Part shown: one piece after another, positions 1-10,813 of the stretch
How the letters are laid out: each line of letters starts with the position of its first letter
How positions within the stretch are numbered: the first letter of the stretch is position 1
From: Octopus sinensis
Lineage: Eukaryota
NCBI RefSeq assembly: GCF_006345805.1
Contig: NC_042997.1
Span: forward strand, 71,300,001-71,364,000
Direction of reading: 5' to 3'
Length of the DNA: 64,000 nt
Notes under the pieces: generated by a model
The model's input: only the letters and a program-made list of their open reading frames with translations
What the model was told of the DNA's origin: nothing
Databases searched by the model: none
Translations under genes and position numbers: made by a program

Positions 1-398
1 TTTCATTAATTCGTACGCCTCTCTCTCTCTTCCTCCCTCTCTCTCTCTTTCTCTCCCCCCTCTCTCTCTCTCTTACTCTCTACGATTTATGATATCAAAA
101 TTTTGATTTCAATTTCTAAATGTACAAACTATTGTGCGTGTGAATTAGGTTGTGCCTGTGCTTGTGGTTGTGGTAGTAATGGGGATGATGTTGAAATTGT
201 TATTGAAGCTGTGGTTGGTGGGAGTGCTTGGGCATTGTTGCTCAAAGGCATCTCATTTGTTCGTATTTGCCAGTCTTTTGTGTTCGTGTTGGTGTGTCTT
301 AGTTCCCTGCAACTTACATGCTGACAGAGAGAAAGGGAGCGAAAAGAGTGGGGGGAGAGATGTTTGACCGAATATAATTTGTAACTAAAAGGAACTCT

Positions 399-776
399 GG
401 CACTCCGTCGGTTACGAAGATAAGGGTTCCAGTTGATCCGATCAACGGAACAGCCTGCTCGTGAAATTAGCGTGCGAGTGACTGAGCACTCCTCAGACAC
501 GTTTACCCTTAACGTAGCTCTCGGGGAGATTTAGCGTGACACAGAGTGTGACAAGTCTGGACCTTTAAAATGCAGGTACAACAGTAACAGAAAGAGAGAG
601 TGAGAAACAGTTATGATGAAAGAGTACAGCAGGGTTCTCCACCGTTCCCTGCCTGAGCGTCGTGGAGCTTTAGGTGTTTTCGCTCAATAAACACTCACAA
701 CGCCCGGTCTGGGAATCGAAACTGCGATCCTACGACCGCGAATCTGCTGCCCTAACCACTGTGCCATTGCGCCTCC
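399..776 (-). mobile_element. tRNA-derived SINE, family 1 (full length)
   Basis: The reverse strand begins GGAGGCGCAATGGCACAGTGGTTAGGGCAGCAGATTCGCGGTCGTAGGATCGCAGTTTCGATTCCCAGACC (A and B boxes). It is homologous along its length to 25598-25921. Confidence 0.85.
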
Positions 777-831
777 ACAACAGGAACTCTACAAAACAAA
801 ATAAAGAATTTTATCAATATATAATGTACTT

Positions 832-1228
832 AAGGCGGCGAGCTGGAAGAAACGTTAGCACGCCGGACGAAATGCGTAGCCGTATTTCGTCTGTCGTTAC
901 GTTCTGAGTTCAAATTCCGCCGAGGTCCAATTTGCCTTTCATCCTTTCGGGGTCGATAAATTAAGTACCAGTTACGCACTGGGGTCGATGTAATCGACTT
1001 AATCCGTTTGTCTGTCCTTGTTTGTCTCCTCTGTGTTTAGCCCCTTATTGGTAGTAAAGAAATAGGTATTTCGTCTGCCGTTACGTTCTGAGTTCAAATT
1101 CCGTCGAGGTCGACTTTGCCTTTCATCCTTTCGGGGTCGATAAATTAAGTACTAGATGTATACTGTGGTCGATCTAATCGACTGGCCGCTTCCTCAAAAA
1201 TTTCGGGCTTTGTGCCTGGAGTAGAAAA
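832..1228 (+). mobile_element. tRNA-derived SINE, family 2, with internally duplicated core
   Basis: Head AGGCGGCGAGCTGGAAGAAACGTTAGC. The core TTACGTTCTGAGTTCAAATTCCG..GAGGTC..TTTGCCTTTCATCCTTTCGGGGTCGATAAATTAAGTAC occurs twice (about 897 and 1081). Five further copies are present in the window. Confidence 0.85.
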
Positions 1229-1237
1229 CAATAATTA

Positions 1238-1446
1238 GAGGCGGCAAGCTGGCAGAAACGTTAGCACGTCGGGCGAAGTGCTCAGCGGTATTTCGTTCGT
1301 CTTTACGATCTGAGTCCAAATTCTGCCGAGGTCGACTTTGCCTTTCCTCCTTTCGGGGTCGATAAATTAAATACCAGTACTGGGGTTGATGTAATCGGCT
1401 GGCCCCATCCCCCAAAATTTCGGGCCCTGTGCCTAGAGCATAAAAG
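1238..1446 (+). mobile_element. SINE family 2, monomeric copy
   Basis: Same head, core and tail (AAATTTCGGGCCCTGTGCCTAGAG) as 832-1228. Confidence 0.85.
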
Positions 1447-1956
1447 AATATATAAAATGTACTAATTAGGAGGAGATAAATCAGTAAATATGTAAAACAT
1501 TTGTACGAGTACTCGTTTTGAGACACTCACAGATATAAATCGTGAAGTCTGGGATCGCAACTCACATAAGCAGTACATACAGATGTGTGTGCACGTTTAT
1601 TAAAAGGATGGGGGAGATATAGAGACTGTACGAGAATGTACGAGAATGAGTATAAGGATTGATAAAGAACGTAAGTGTAAGAAAAAATGCGGGTAGATGA
1701 TTGGGTGGGTAGGAATATTTCAATACATTATCTACGTGTCTGTTTGTTAACTTTCTGAGATTCTTATCTGACCTGCCGACCCTTTCAGCCGTTAAGTGAA
1801 AGAGCTGTAAATATGTTGACGCATTGGAAATGTTGCTCTTCTTGCTGTGGTTACTGCTGCTGCTGTTCATGTTGCTCTTGTTTACAGCTGGCTCACTTCC
1901 TTGGTATTTTCACTGCCCAGATATACGTGTATGAATGTGCAAGTGTGTATGTATAT

Positions 1957-2007
1957 TCACACACACACACACACACATACACACACACACACACATAAAC
2001 ACACACA

Positions 2008-2038
<31 letters not shown>

Positions 2039-2164
2039 TCTCTCTCTCTCTCTTTCCCTTTCTCTCTCTCACGCACGCACATATATATGCGTATATATAT
2101 GTGTGTGTGCATATATGCATATATATAGAGAAAGAGAAAGAGAAAGAGAGGGAAAGAGAGAATG

Positions 2165-2229
<65 letters not shown>

Positions 2230-2230
2230 T
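1957..2230. repeat. compound microsatellite (CA)n/(TC)n/(TA)n/(GATA)n
   Basis: Directly visible. Confidence 0.95.
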
Positions 2231-2334
2231 ACTTGTATATGTATGATATATGTTTATGTGTGTGTATAAATGTATGTACACGTAAACATATATGTTAGAT
2301 TTCCACGTCGTGAACGGCAAATGAGAGTTTAGTA

Positions 2335-2695
2335 AAATAACTTGGTAATCATATTCTATGGACACGAATGTCTCTTGAGGCCTGCTGGTGCCTTGCAAAC
2401 CTTTCGGCTAGGGGAACAAGGTGGGAGTCAGTTTGTTCGAGTGCTTGTCGATCATTTACGATGTGTATTTTTTGAGTGGGCGGCAAGGCCTGCTTTGCCA
2501 CGAGCAGCGTTTTGCCAGTGTGCACTTACACTTGCATGAAGTTTGTCTCAATACTAGAGCCGACTTTGTTCAAATCTTTGATATGAGAGGACGTAGGACT
2601 GGCGCCAGGTCCTGCGTTCTGATGCCTTATTTTCCCAGGAAGGAAAGGGAATGCTGCATCACTTTAGATTGTTTTTTAGTTTGTCTTTGAAGCGC
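2335..2695 (-). mobile_element. RTE-clade LINE 3' fragment (degenerate)
   Basis: The minus strand translates, with stops and frameshifts, as RFKDKLK.NLK.CSIP..SWENKASERRTWRQ...FEQSR...GKAGLAAHSKNTH, which is the typical RTE C-terminus. Confidence 0.7.
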
Positions 2696-2696
2696 A

Positions 2697-2700
<4 letters not shown>

Positions 2701-2769
<69 letters not shown>
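2701..2769. repeat. (TAA)n microsatellite
   Basis: Directly visible. Confidence 0.95.
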
Positions 2770-2773
<4 letters not shown>

Positions 2774-3083
2774 GGGCTGGGCTTGCGCATCACCATGCAC
2801 TGAAAAACAGACATCAAAAGACACTAATGCCACTATAAATTCTCCAAGAAAAAACACTATATATCGGCTAGTAGAAGAAAGAAAATGAATTACAACTTAG
2901 GTTAACCGCGTACATGATCGTGTTTCAGGCTTAAAGTAATAAAAAAACTTTTTACCTTCATCAGCGACGGTGTACCCAGGCATATAAATACGAGTGGCTA
3001 CGTGTATGCGAGCGAGCTGCGCCATCACTTATCTTATATCCGTTGAGACTCACACATGTATACTGCGCAAGCCAAGCCCTTGT
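2770..3083 (-). mobile_element. 314-bp non-coding element with 20-bp terminal inverted repeats, carrying a hammerhead ribozyme
   Basis: ACAAGGGCTGGGCTTGCGCA (2770-2789) is inverted at 3064-3083 (TGCGCAAGCCAAGCCCTTGT, 1 mismatch). TA flanks both ends. The hammerhead is central. Confidence 0.7.
2898..2978 (-). ncRNA. type I hammerhead ribozyme with extended stem II
   Basis: Minus strand reads ACCGUCG-CUGAUGA-AGGU(AAAAAGU..ACUUUAA)GCCU-GAAA-CA CGAUCA UG-UA-CGCGGU. The core is intact, the cleavage triplet is GUA, and stem I extends (UGGGU/ACCUA). Confidence 0.8.
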
Positions 3084-3182
3084 TATAATTATGTATAGAA
3101 TTATAAAATATTTAAATTAATTTACCTACGAGGTTTTATTTCCGTGCTGACCAGTTGGTAAAAATCATTTATGATTTTACCC

Positions 3183-3237
<55 letters not shown>

Positions 3238-3258
3238 TTATCATTATCATTATTATTA

Positions 3259-3465
3259 TATATACTCTTTGACTTGTTTCAGTCATTCTGACTACGACCA
3301 TGCTGGAGCACTGCATTTAGTCGAACAAATCTTATTCCTTGTAAGCCTAGTACTTATTCTATCGTTATCATTTGCCAATCGCTAAGTTACTGGGACGTAA
3401 ACACACTAACATCGGTTGTCAAGCGGTGGTGGCGGGGACAAACACAGACATACAAACACACACAC
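3259..3465 (-). mobile_element. SINE family 3, 3' half
   Basis: Reverse complement matches 56520-56709 (CTTGACAACCGATG...GTGTTTACGTCCC...GTACTAGGCTTACAAGG...CTCCAGCATGG...GAAACAAG). Confidence 0.75.
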
Positions 3466-3624
3466 ACACACTCATATATATATATAATATATATATATAT
3501 TATATATATATATATATGTATGTATGTATGTGTGTATATATGCATGCATGTATGTATATATGTATATATGTATATATAATTAATAAGAAAACAAAAATAA
3601 ACAATGCGAGTACGTAGCAAAATA

Positions 3625-3714
<90 letters not shown>

Positions 3715-3722
3715 CATATATA

Positions 3723-4081
3723 TACGTCACTAAAGTGACAAAAGGCCCTAATGGGCATCAGTATTGTTAGAAATAAGTGTCAAAACAACTCAATAGCCAC
3801 AGAAGAACTATCCTAATGGCTGACAAAGGAGACAAGCTCCCTACGATCGCAGATATAGCCAGATCATCAATCATTTCGCATTTTGATGCTCAACGTACCT
3901 TAATACTCATCAGTGGCTGTCACCGAACCTAGGTTTAAACTCAGCTCGCTATGTCAGTTTATAAGATTTTCATTGAAATCATACGTTGATTTCACAAACG
4001 GTAAAGTGAAAATAAAAAATAATAATATGGGTGGTAATTCGCAACTTTACAACCTAAAGGTAGAAATATTTACGTCACTAA
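3723..4081 (-). mobile_element. about 360-bp non-coding element between 11-bp direct repeats, carrying a hammerhead-like motif (PLE-derived candidate)
   Basis: TACGTCACTAA occurs at 3723-3733 and 4071-4081. The left end abuts (TA)n. A hammerhead lies at 3857-3918. Confidence 0.5.
3857..3918 (-). ncRNA. type I hammerhead ribozyme (slightly degenerate stem III)
   Basis: Minus strand reads AGCCA-CUGAUGA-GUAU(21-nt loop)AUGC-GAAA-UGAUUGAUGA-UC-UGGCU. The core is intact and the triplet is AUC. Stem III is one substitution away from UCAU/AUGA. Confidence 0.55.
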
Positions 4082-4330
4082 GCATATAGATGGATGGATG
4101 GATGGATGGGTGGACGGACGGACGGATGGATGACTTTGCTATGATCTTTTCAAAAAATGATGTTTCTTTGCATTTACTCAAAAAAGAATTTTTTAAAAAT
4201 AATAACCATCCCTTTAATGGCAAAAGTTATAGGAGATAGTATTCATTATCCGGGGTAATGAATATTCCTCTATACTGACGTGTCTGTATTCGACGCCATG
4301 TTGATGATGTATGTATGTATGTATGTATGT

Positions 4331-5789
4331 AATTGAGAGTTTGACAGCAACTGTGCAGATGATTAGCAAAGATATTGGCATGGAATTTGGGATCGAGAAA
4401 TGTGGTGTAATGATTCTCAAAAGGGGGAAAATTAGTAAAAGCCATGGGATCAAGCTGGAAAGTTGTGAAACTATAAAGGAAGGAGAGGAAGGATGTAAGT
4501 ACCGGGGTATCATTGAAAGAGATAAGATGAATGAACACAAGATGTAAGAAATGTACGGGAAATTATTTGAAGAGAACTCGGCTTGTGCTCCAATCAAAAT
4601 GGCCGCTATAATATTAGAGCAATTAATACATGTGCGGTTGCTTTGGTGAGATATAGGGCATGAATAGTATCTTGGAAGAAGCGCGAATTACAAAAGATAG
4701 ACCAGAGAACACGTAAATTTATGACAATAAACAAGGAACCACGCCACAAGAGTGATGTGTAAAGATTGCAGGTAGAGAGGAAAGAAGAAGGACGAGGATT
4801 GGTGTGTTGTGAAGGTTGTGTAAGGGAAGAGGAGAATAGCTTGACTTGGTGTGTCAAGGGGAGTAATGAAGAAATGATTAAAGCAGAGAAAAACACAAAT
4901 TATGAAAGACCAGAGAGAGCAGATGAAGAAAATTTGGCAGGACAAGAAAATGCACAGTCAGTTCTTGAAGAATAAAGATGAGATTGATTGGAATAGAATC
5001 TGGCAATGCTTGCAGAAGAGAGACTTTAAAGGGCCCACCGAGGCATTAGTGTACAGCGCTCACAAACAAGCTCTCAGAACAAACTACTCCAAATATCACA
5101 TTGATAAAAGCTCTGACTCGCCGCAGTGTAGGATGCGCTCTGAGAAGTGAGAAAGTATAAGCCATATTGTTAGTGAGTGTTGTAAGCTTGCACAACAAGA
5201 ATATAAAAGGAGACACAACAATGTGACCAGATATCTCTACTGGCTGTTGTGCGGTAAAACAAATCTTGAGTGACCCGAAAAATAGTATGAATACGAGCCA
5301 GAGGGAATAATGAAGAACGAACATTGCAAAATATTCTGGGATTTTAACATATAGTGCGACGAAGTCATAGAGGCGAGACGATCAGATATCGTGCTCATCC
5401 ATGAAAAAGAAGTAAAGATAATAGATGTTACAATACCAGGCGATTGGAGAGTGAAATGTAAGAAAAAAGAAAATATTGAGAAATACCAGCCACTGCGGGA
5501 CGAGATAGGAAAGTTAGAGGGCGTGTGGAAAGTAATAGTGATTCCGGTAATAATTGGAGCATTAGGAGCACTTTTCAAGGGCTATGAAAAATATATCAAG
5601 AATATAGGAGTTACTGTCAGGATCAAGGTGATCTAGAAGACTGCATTGCTGGTTACAGCTCGCATTCGAAGGCAAGTTTTGTTTGTTTGGGTCACAGGTG
5701 AAGGCACTACTTGAAACCTTTGGTGATTTGCCATTGCCTGCTTTCAAGTAAAGAATAACCGGTAATTAAGAACTATTCGAGAGACTTTC

Positions 5790-5790
<1 letters not shown>
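4331..5790 (+). mobile_element. R4/Dong-like non-LTR retrotransposon (RT C-term plus RLE), 5'-truncated, frameshifted
   Basis: Motifs MEFGIEKC, YKYRGI, CRMRSEK.ESISHIVSECCKLAQQEYKRRHDNV, SDIVLIH and IIDVTIPGD...EKYQPL are present. The 3' UTR ends directly on (TAA)n. Confidence 0.9.

Positions 5791-5836
<46 letters not shown>
5791..5836. repeat. (TAA)n separating two head-to-tail R4/Dong-like copies
   Basis: Directly visible. Confidence 0.95.
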
Positions 5837-5839
<3 letters not shown>

Positions 5840-6581
5840 ACAGCAAGACCAGAAAACTACAGACCTATAACCTGTCTCCCTACAATGTACAAAGCATTCA
5901 CTACAGTAATATCACAAGGATTGAACAAGCACCTGGACGAAAACAACCTGTTTCCAGAAGGGGTGCCGCAAAGGCTCATATGGCTGTAAAGATCAAATAA
6001 TGATCAATAAAGCCATAACTGAAGACAGCCACAGCATACCCCACACATGGATCCTCGAAACACTAGCCATTAACAAAGTACCACCAACAATTATAAAATA
6101 CATAGGACACTCTATGAATAAATGGCAGACAGTGCTACAGCTCCAAACAAATGAGGGACTCGTGAAAACCAAAGCCATCCCCATTAGAAGGGGAATATTC
6201 CAGGGAGACACGCTCTCTCCACTCCTCTTCTGCTTGGCACTGTCACGGCTATCTGATATGCTAAATAGAACTGGATGCGGATATAAATGTTACGGCAAAA
6301 CGATCAGCCACCTTTTATATATGGATGACCTAAAACTATACGCTACAAATGACAAACAGCTGGAAACACTACTAAAGACAGTTTATGGGTTTACCAAAGA
6401 AATAGATATGAAATTTGGATTAGAAAAATGCGCCAAAGTAACCCTGAAAAGAGGAAAGCTAGTTAAGAGTAACAACCCCACACTAGATAAAACCAATGAA
6501 ATAAGAGAAGTAGACCAAAGCCAAACTTACAAATATTTAGGAATCCATGAACTAGATAAGACACAGCACACACAAATGAAA
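5837..6581 (+). mobile_element. R4/Dong-like RT fragment (second family; same family as 49215-51895)
   Basis: Motifs NYRPITCLPTMYK, IPHTWILE, RRGIFQGDTLSPLLFCL, LLYMDDLKLY, MKFGLEKC and YKYLGI are present. DNA matches 50550-51050 on the minus strand. Confidence 0.9.
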
Positions 6582-6900
6582 TCCCTCACGCCGGACTTCA
6601 TTTTGTTGATTTCGCTACTGATGTGCTCTCTCAACGAGATACCAAGCATTGACCTTCCCATGGCTCTTTGAGCCGTTACTAGTCTCTGTTCTTCTCTCTT
6701 TGTTGTAGCCCATGTTTCACTACCATATAACATTGCAGGTAGAACTGTACTGTTGATGAGGTTGGCGCGATTGGTCCTGTCCAACTTTCGCTTGAGCACA
6801 TCCCTTATGCCATTAAACGCCTTCCATCCGGCCCTTACTCTCCGCGAGATCCTTCACGATGGACCATATATTTACTCTAACACAACTGCTTGAGCGAGCG
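6582..6900 (-). mobile_element. RTE-clade RT fragment with an internal inversion
   Basis: 6582-6855 on the minus strand encodes [20 protein letters not shown]...NSTVLPAMLYGSETW. 6856-6900 on the plus strand encodes [15 protein letters not shown], an upstream RT motif. Confidence 0.75.
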
Positions 6901-7238
<338 letters not shown>

Positions 7239-7239
7239 A

Positions 7240-9403
7240 CAACATGTTTAAACCTCTCCTTCCAGGATCATTGTGAAACCAATAACATTATCAAAGCAGA
7301 ACAAGCAGAAGAAAGGAGTCTGGGGATGTGCTGAGCAATTGCTAATCAACAAAACTGTGGTGCCAGAGGTGAGAGAGCATAGGAGGAACCTACTTTCAAT
7401 GCGGCTAGATGACAAGAATGCCTTTGGCTCTGTTCCCCAGTCATGGATGCTAGAAGTTCTTCAGCTTGCTAAGGTTCCAGTGGCTGACCTGACTTCATCG
7501 TGGGCCACCATCTTGAAATTAAACACAAAGAGTGACTGTATTATCACTGATAGAATACAATACCGCAAAGCATATTCCAAGGAGACAGACTCTCTGTGAT
7601 GTAAACCCCTTGTCATTCCTGTTCAGGAAGTCTGAAGGATATCTCACTGGTTCAGAAGGAAACAGAAATACCACTGTTACTTTGTGGATGACTTAAAATT
7701 TATGCAAAGAATATGCATGAGATGAAGAAGAGCCTTGACCTAGTTACAACATTCTCAAAGGATCTAGGGTTGGAGTTTGGTCAGGATAAATGTTGTGGTA
7801 TGGTTGTGAAAAGAGGGAAGACTATAAAACAGACTAGTAGCACCACCGTCAATGATTTGACTGTTTCCCCTGTATCTGACGAGGAATATTACAGGTATCT
7901 AGGGATAGATGAAAATATATCGTACAATGGCACCTGTAACGTGTCACTAAAGAATATTACAGCCGAATAAAGAAAATTTGAACCTCAGAACACACTGCGT
8001 TCAATAAAACAGTGACCCACTGTGTGTTTGCAGTGCCAGTACTCATACCAACATTTGGGCTGCTTGATTGGACGCTTGAAGAGATCCGAGCCATTGATGT
8101 GAAAACACGAAAACTACTAACAAGCACACATAATTTCCACATAAGCAGATACGTAGACCACCTCTACCTAAAATCTAAACAAGGCGGCAGAGGTTTAACA
8201 TCTATCCAAAATGCCTTTGAATGTCGTATCATATCCCTTCGGCAACATCTTTTAACCACCAGGCATCGAAGTGCATTCCTTGACCAAGTTTGCATACATG
8301 AGGCTGATAGCGTCACAAGACTTGGAAGGCAGCTCCTTGAGCAACACTCTGATAACCTAGAATACATGCCCAAAGAAGTCGCACGACTCTACCGCAATAT
8401 ATCATTGAAAGGATGAGTCTAAATGAGCAGAAGACTATGCATGGATATGTTAGTAGAAAGCTATGTGATGATATTAACATCGATCATCAAAGCAGTTTAT
8501 CATGGGTGAATAGCCGGATTACTACCTCCCACTTTGAAGGGTATGTGTTTGCAATCCAGGAACAACTAATATCAAAAGGGATACAGATGCGGGGAAAAGC
8601 CGTAAAATGTGACAACCGATGAAGACTTTGTGGAGTTCACACTGAGGATATCACCCATATCATAAGCAGTTGTCCGAAAATGTTATTCTATAATGAAATC
8701 CGTCGGAAGGCTAATCCCGAGGACAAAGAAATAAGAACCCACAATATGGTAGAAGCCATAGCCACTCATAAGGGAAAGGAATACTGGTGGAATGTACCAG
8801 TGAAAACCTCAAGAAAATGTATGCACAACAGACCTGATTTAATGATTTGGGATATAGAAGAGAAACTCTACATAGTTGTGGAAATTATCTGCCCGGCGGA
8901 TGTCAACATAAAGCTGAAGATCAGTGAAAAAGAGAACACCTATGCTGAACTATTGAGAGGTCAGCAGATATTCTATCCAGATTACGAGTTCAGGCTGTAA
9001 TTATTGGGGTACTGGGATATGTAAAACACCGCCTAAATACCAATCTTGAGAAATTAAGCTTCTCAAAATCAGAAAGGAGAAAGCTAATTCGAAGACTACA
9101 GTTCCAATCCATCACTGGAACTGTAAAAATCTGTAAAACTTTGCAGAAGTTTATCATTTAAATATATATGGGTAAGTCTAGATATGTAACTATATGCATG
9201 AGAATACATATATAAAACATAAAAATCTGCACATACATGCATATACATGCATAAATACATACATACATACATGCATACATACATACATACAAACAAAAAT
9301 ACCCTGTTATTGATGTTGAAATTCCAATGGAGGAACCTTGGATCGAGGTTAGGAACCGGTTCTTTCTCTATTGGCAAGAAATCTTGAAATAAACTGAATA
9401 ATG
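7240..9403 (+). mobile_element. R4/Dong-like retrotransposon, (TACA)n-associated family, 5'-truncated about 2.2 kb
   Basis: Motifs [60 protein letters not shown] and IVVEIICPAD are present. The 3' end AATAAACTGAATAATG is followed by TCATACATAC, and the 5' flank is (TACA)n. Confidence 0.9.
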
Positions 9404-9427
9404 TCATACATACAAAAATATATATGA

Positions 9428-9700
9428 TGGACTCTCCCATCGAAGACGACGTATGGGCGTTCAGCTTTTGCTGAACGACCTGCTCAAATGTTTTGTTTAT
9501 AGCTATCATATGTATGTGCTGTATATTAGCACACTCCGCCATCAAATCGATGTTGTCTGAACAAGTGCACGGTGTACCACGCATCAGGTGTCGAAGTGAT
9601 TGCAGATCAATTTGAGATGAAATATTTCCTTGACCGGGTGGTCTAGGTATTGAAACTATGATAATGCGATTGAGAGTGCAACACTCTAACCACTATATGA
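9428..9700 (-). mobile_element. tRNA-headed SINE, family 4 (degenerate)
   Basis: Minus strand begins TAGTGGTTAGAGTGTTGCACTC..GTTTCAATACC and resembles 34186-34400. Confidence 0.55.
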
Positions 9701-10034
9701 ACAGAATGGCAGCACTTTTTTCACAATATCTTCTCCAAATAATAAATACATACATACATATATACGTACATACATACATATGTATGTACGTATGTATGTT
9801 TGTGAACACGCATACACACTTCAAAACATGCAAACAGACGCGCGTGTATGCACGTATGGTTATAAATTCTTCCTGTTAATGTATGGTCGAGGAATCAAGC
9901 TGTTACAATCTAAGGTCGAATTATGTGTCTCCTTACTTTGAGGTGCTGATGCACGGTGACAAGGTGATATAAAAACTTAACCTTCTATCTTCAACTGAAA
10001 AATCCCTATAAGATATTTACACCCATGTTAAGGC

Positions 10035-10072
<38 letters not shown>

Positions 10073-10122
10073 ATTTATAAATACACACATATACACATAT
10101 ATATAGTCATCATATATCTGTA

Positions 10123-10168
<46 letters not shown>

Positions 10169-10777
10169 CTTAAATACACATGCATATATATAAATATATA
10201 TAGTTATGCTATATATGTTTGTGCACCTATATATAGGTGTGTGCGTGTGAGCGTGTATGAGTGTGTGTGTGTGCATATACATATATACATATGTATATAC
10301 ACACACTTCACATACACATGAACAAATTTTATCATTGTCTTCTCGATAAAAGCTGCTTTCCTCAATAAAAATATAACAGAAATGTAGTAAAATATAAACT
10401 AAGCGAATATTTATGTCCTTTGGGCGATAGGTTATTACAAAGGTTTAAAATGACATTTTCGTTTAACATTCCATTTTACTTGTGATATTTTTTGAAAGTT
10501 ATGCATTGCCATTTTCTGGATGAGTACATATGTCTCTCTAATTAAGTACATTTCGGTATCTTCCAGTAAATAGCATCGATGTTTCAATAACAAGATTTAC
10601 TTGTCGTTACTGTTGTTGACGTTCACAAAAGAAATATATCTTGACCTGCTCACCTTACTTTTTTTTCTTTTATATCGTGCAATTTTCTAAAATCACACAG
10701 TTCTGAATTGAAACAAGGCACATCACATTAAATAATATAGCGTGATAATTTCTGAAATACAAAGGACGTATATATAT

Positions 10778-10813
<36 letters not shown>

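Noticed and set aside
1562-1870. Minus-strand ORF or acceptor site near 1806 as a possible host exon
   Set aside because: There is no recognisable domain and no convincing donor. AG-preceded open frames are common in AT-rich DNA. The same applies to candidates near 17085, 27725, 36408 and 38395.
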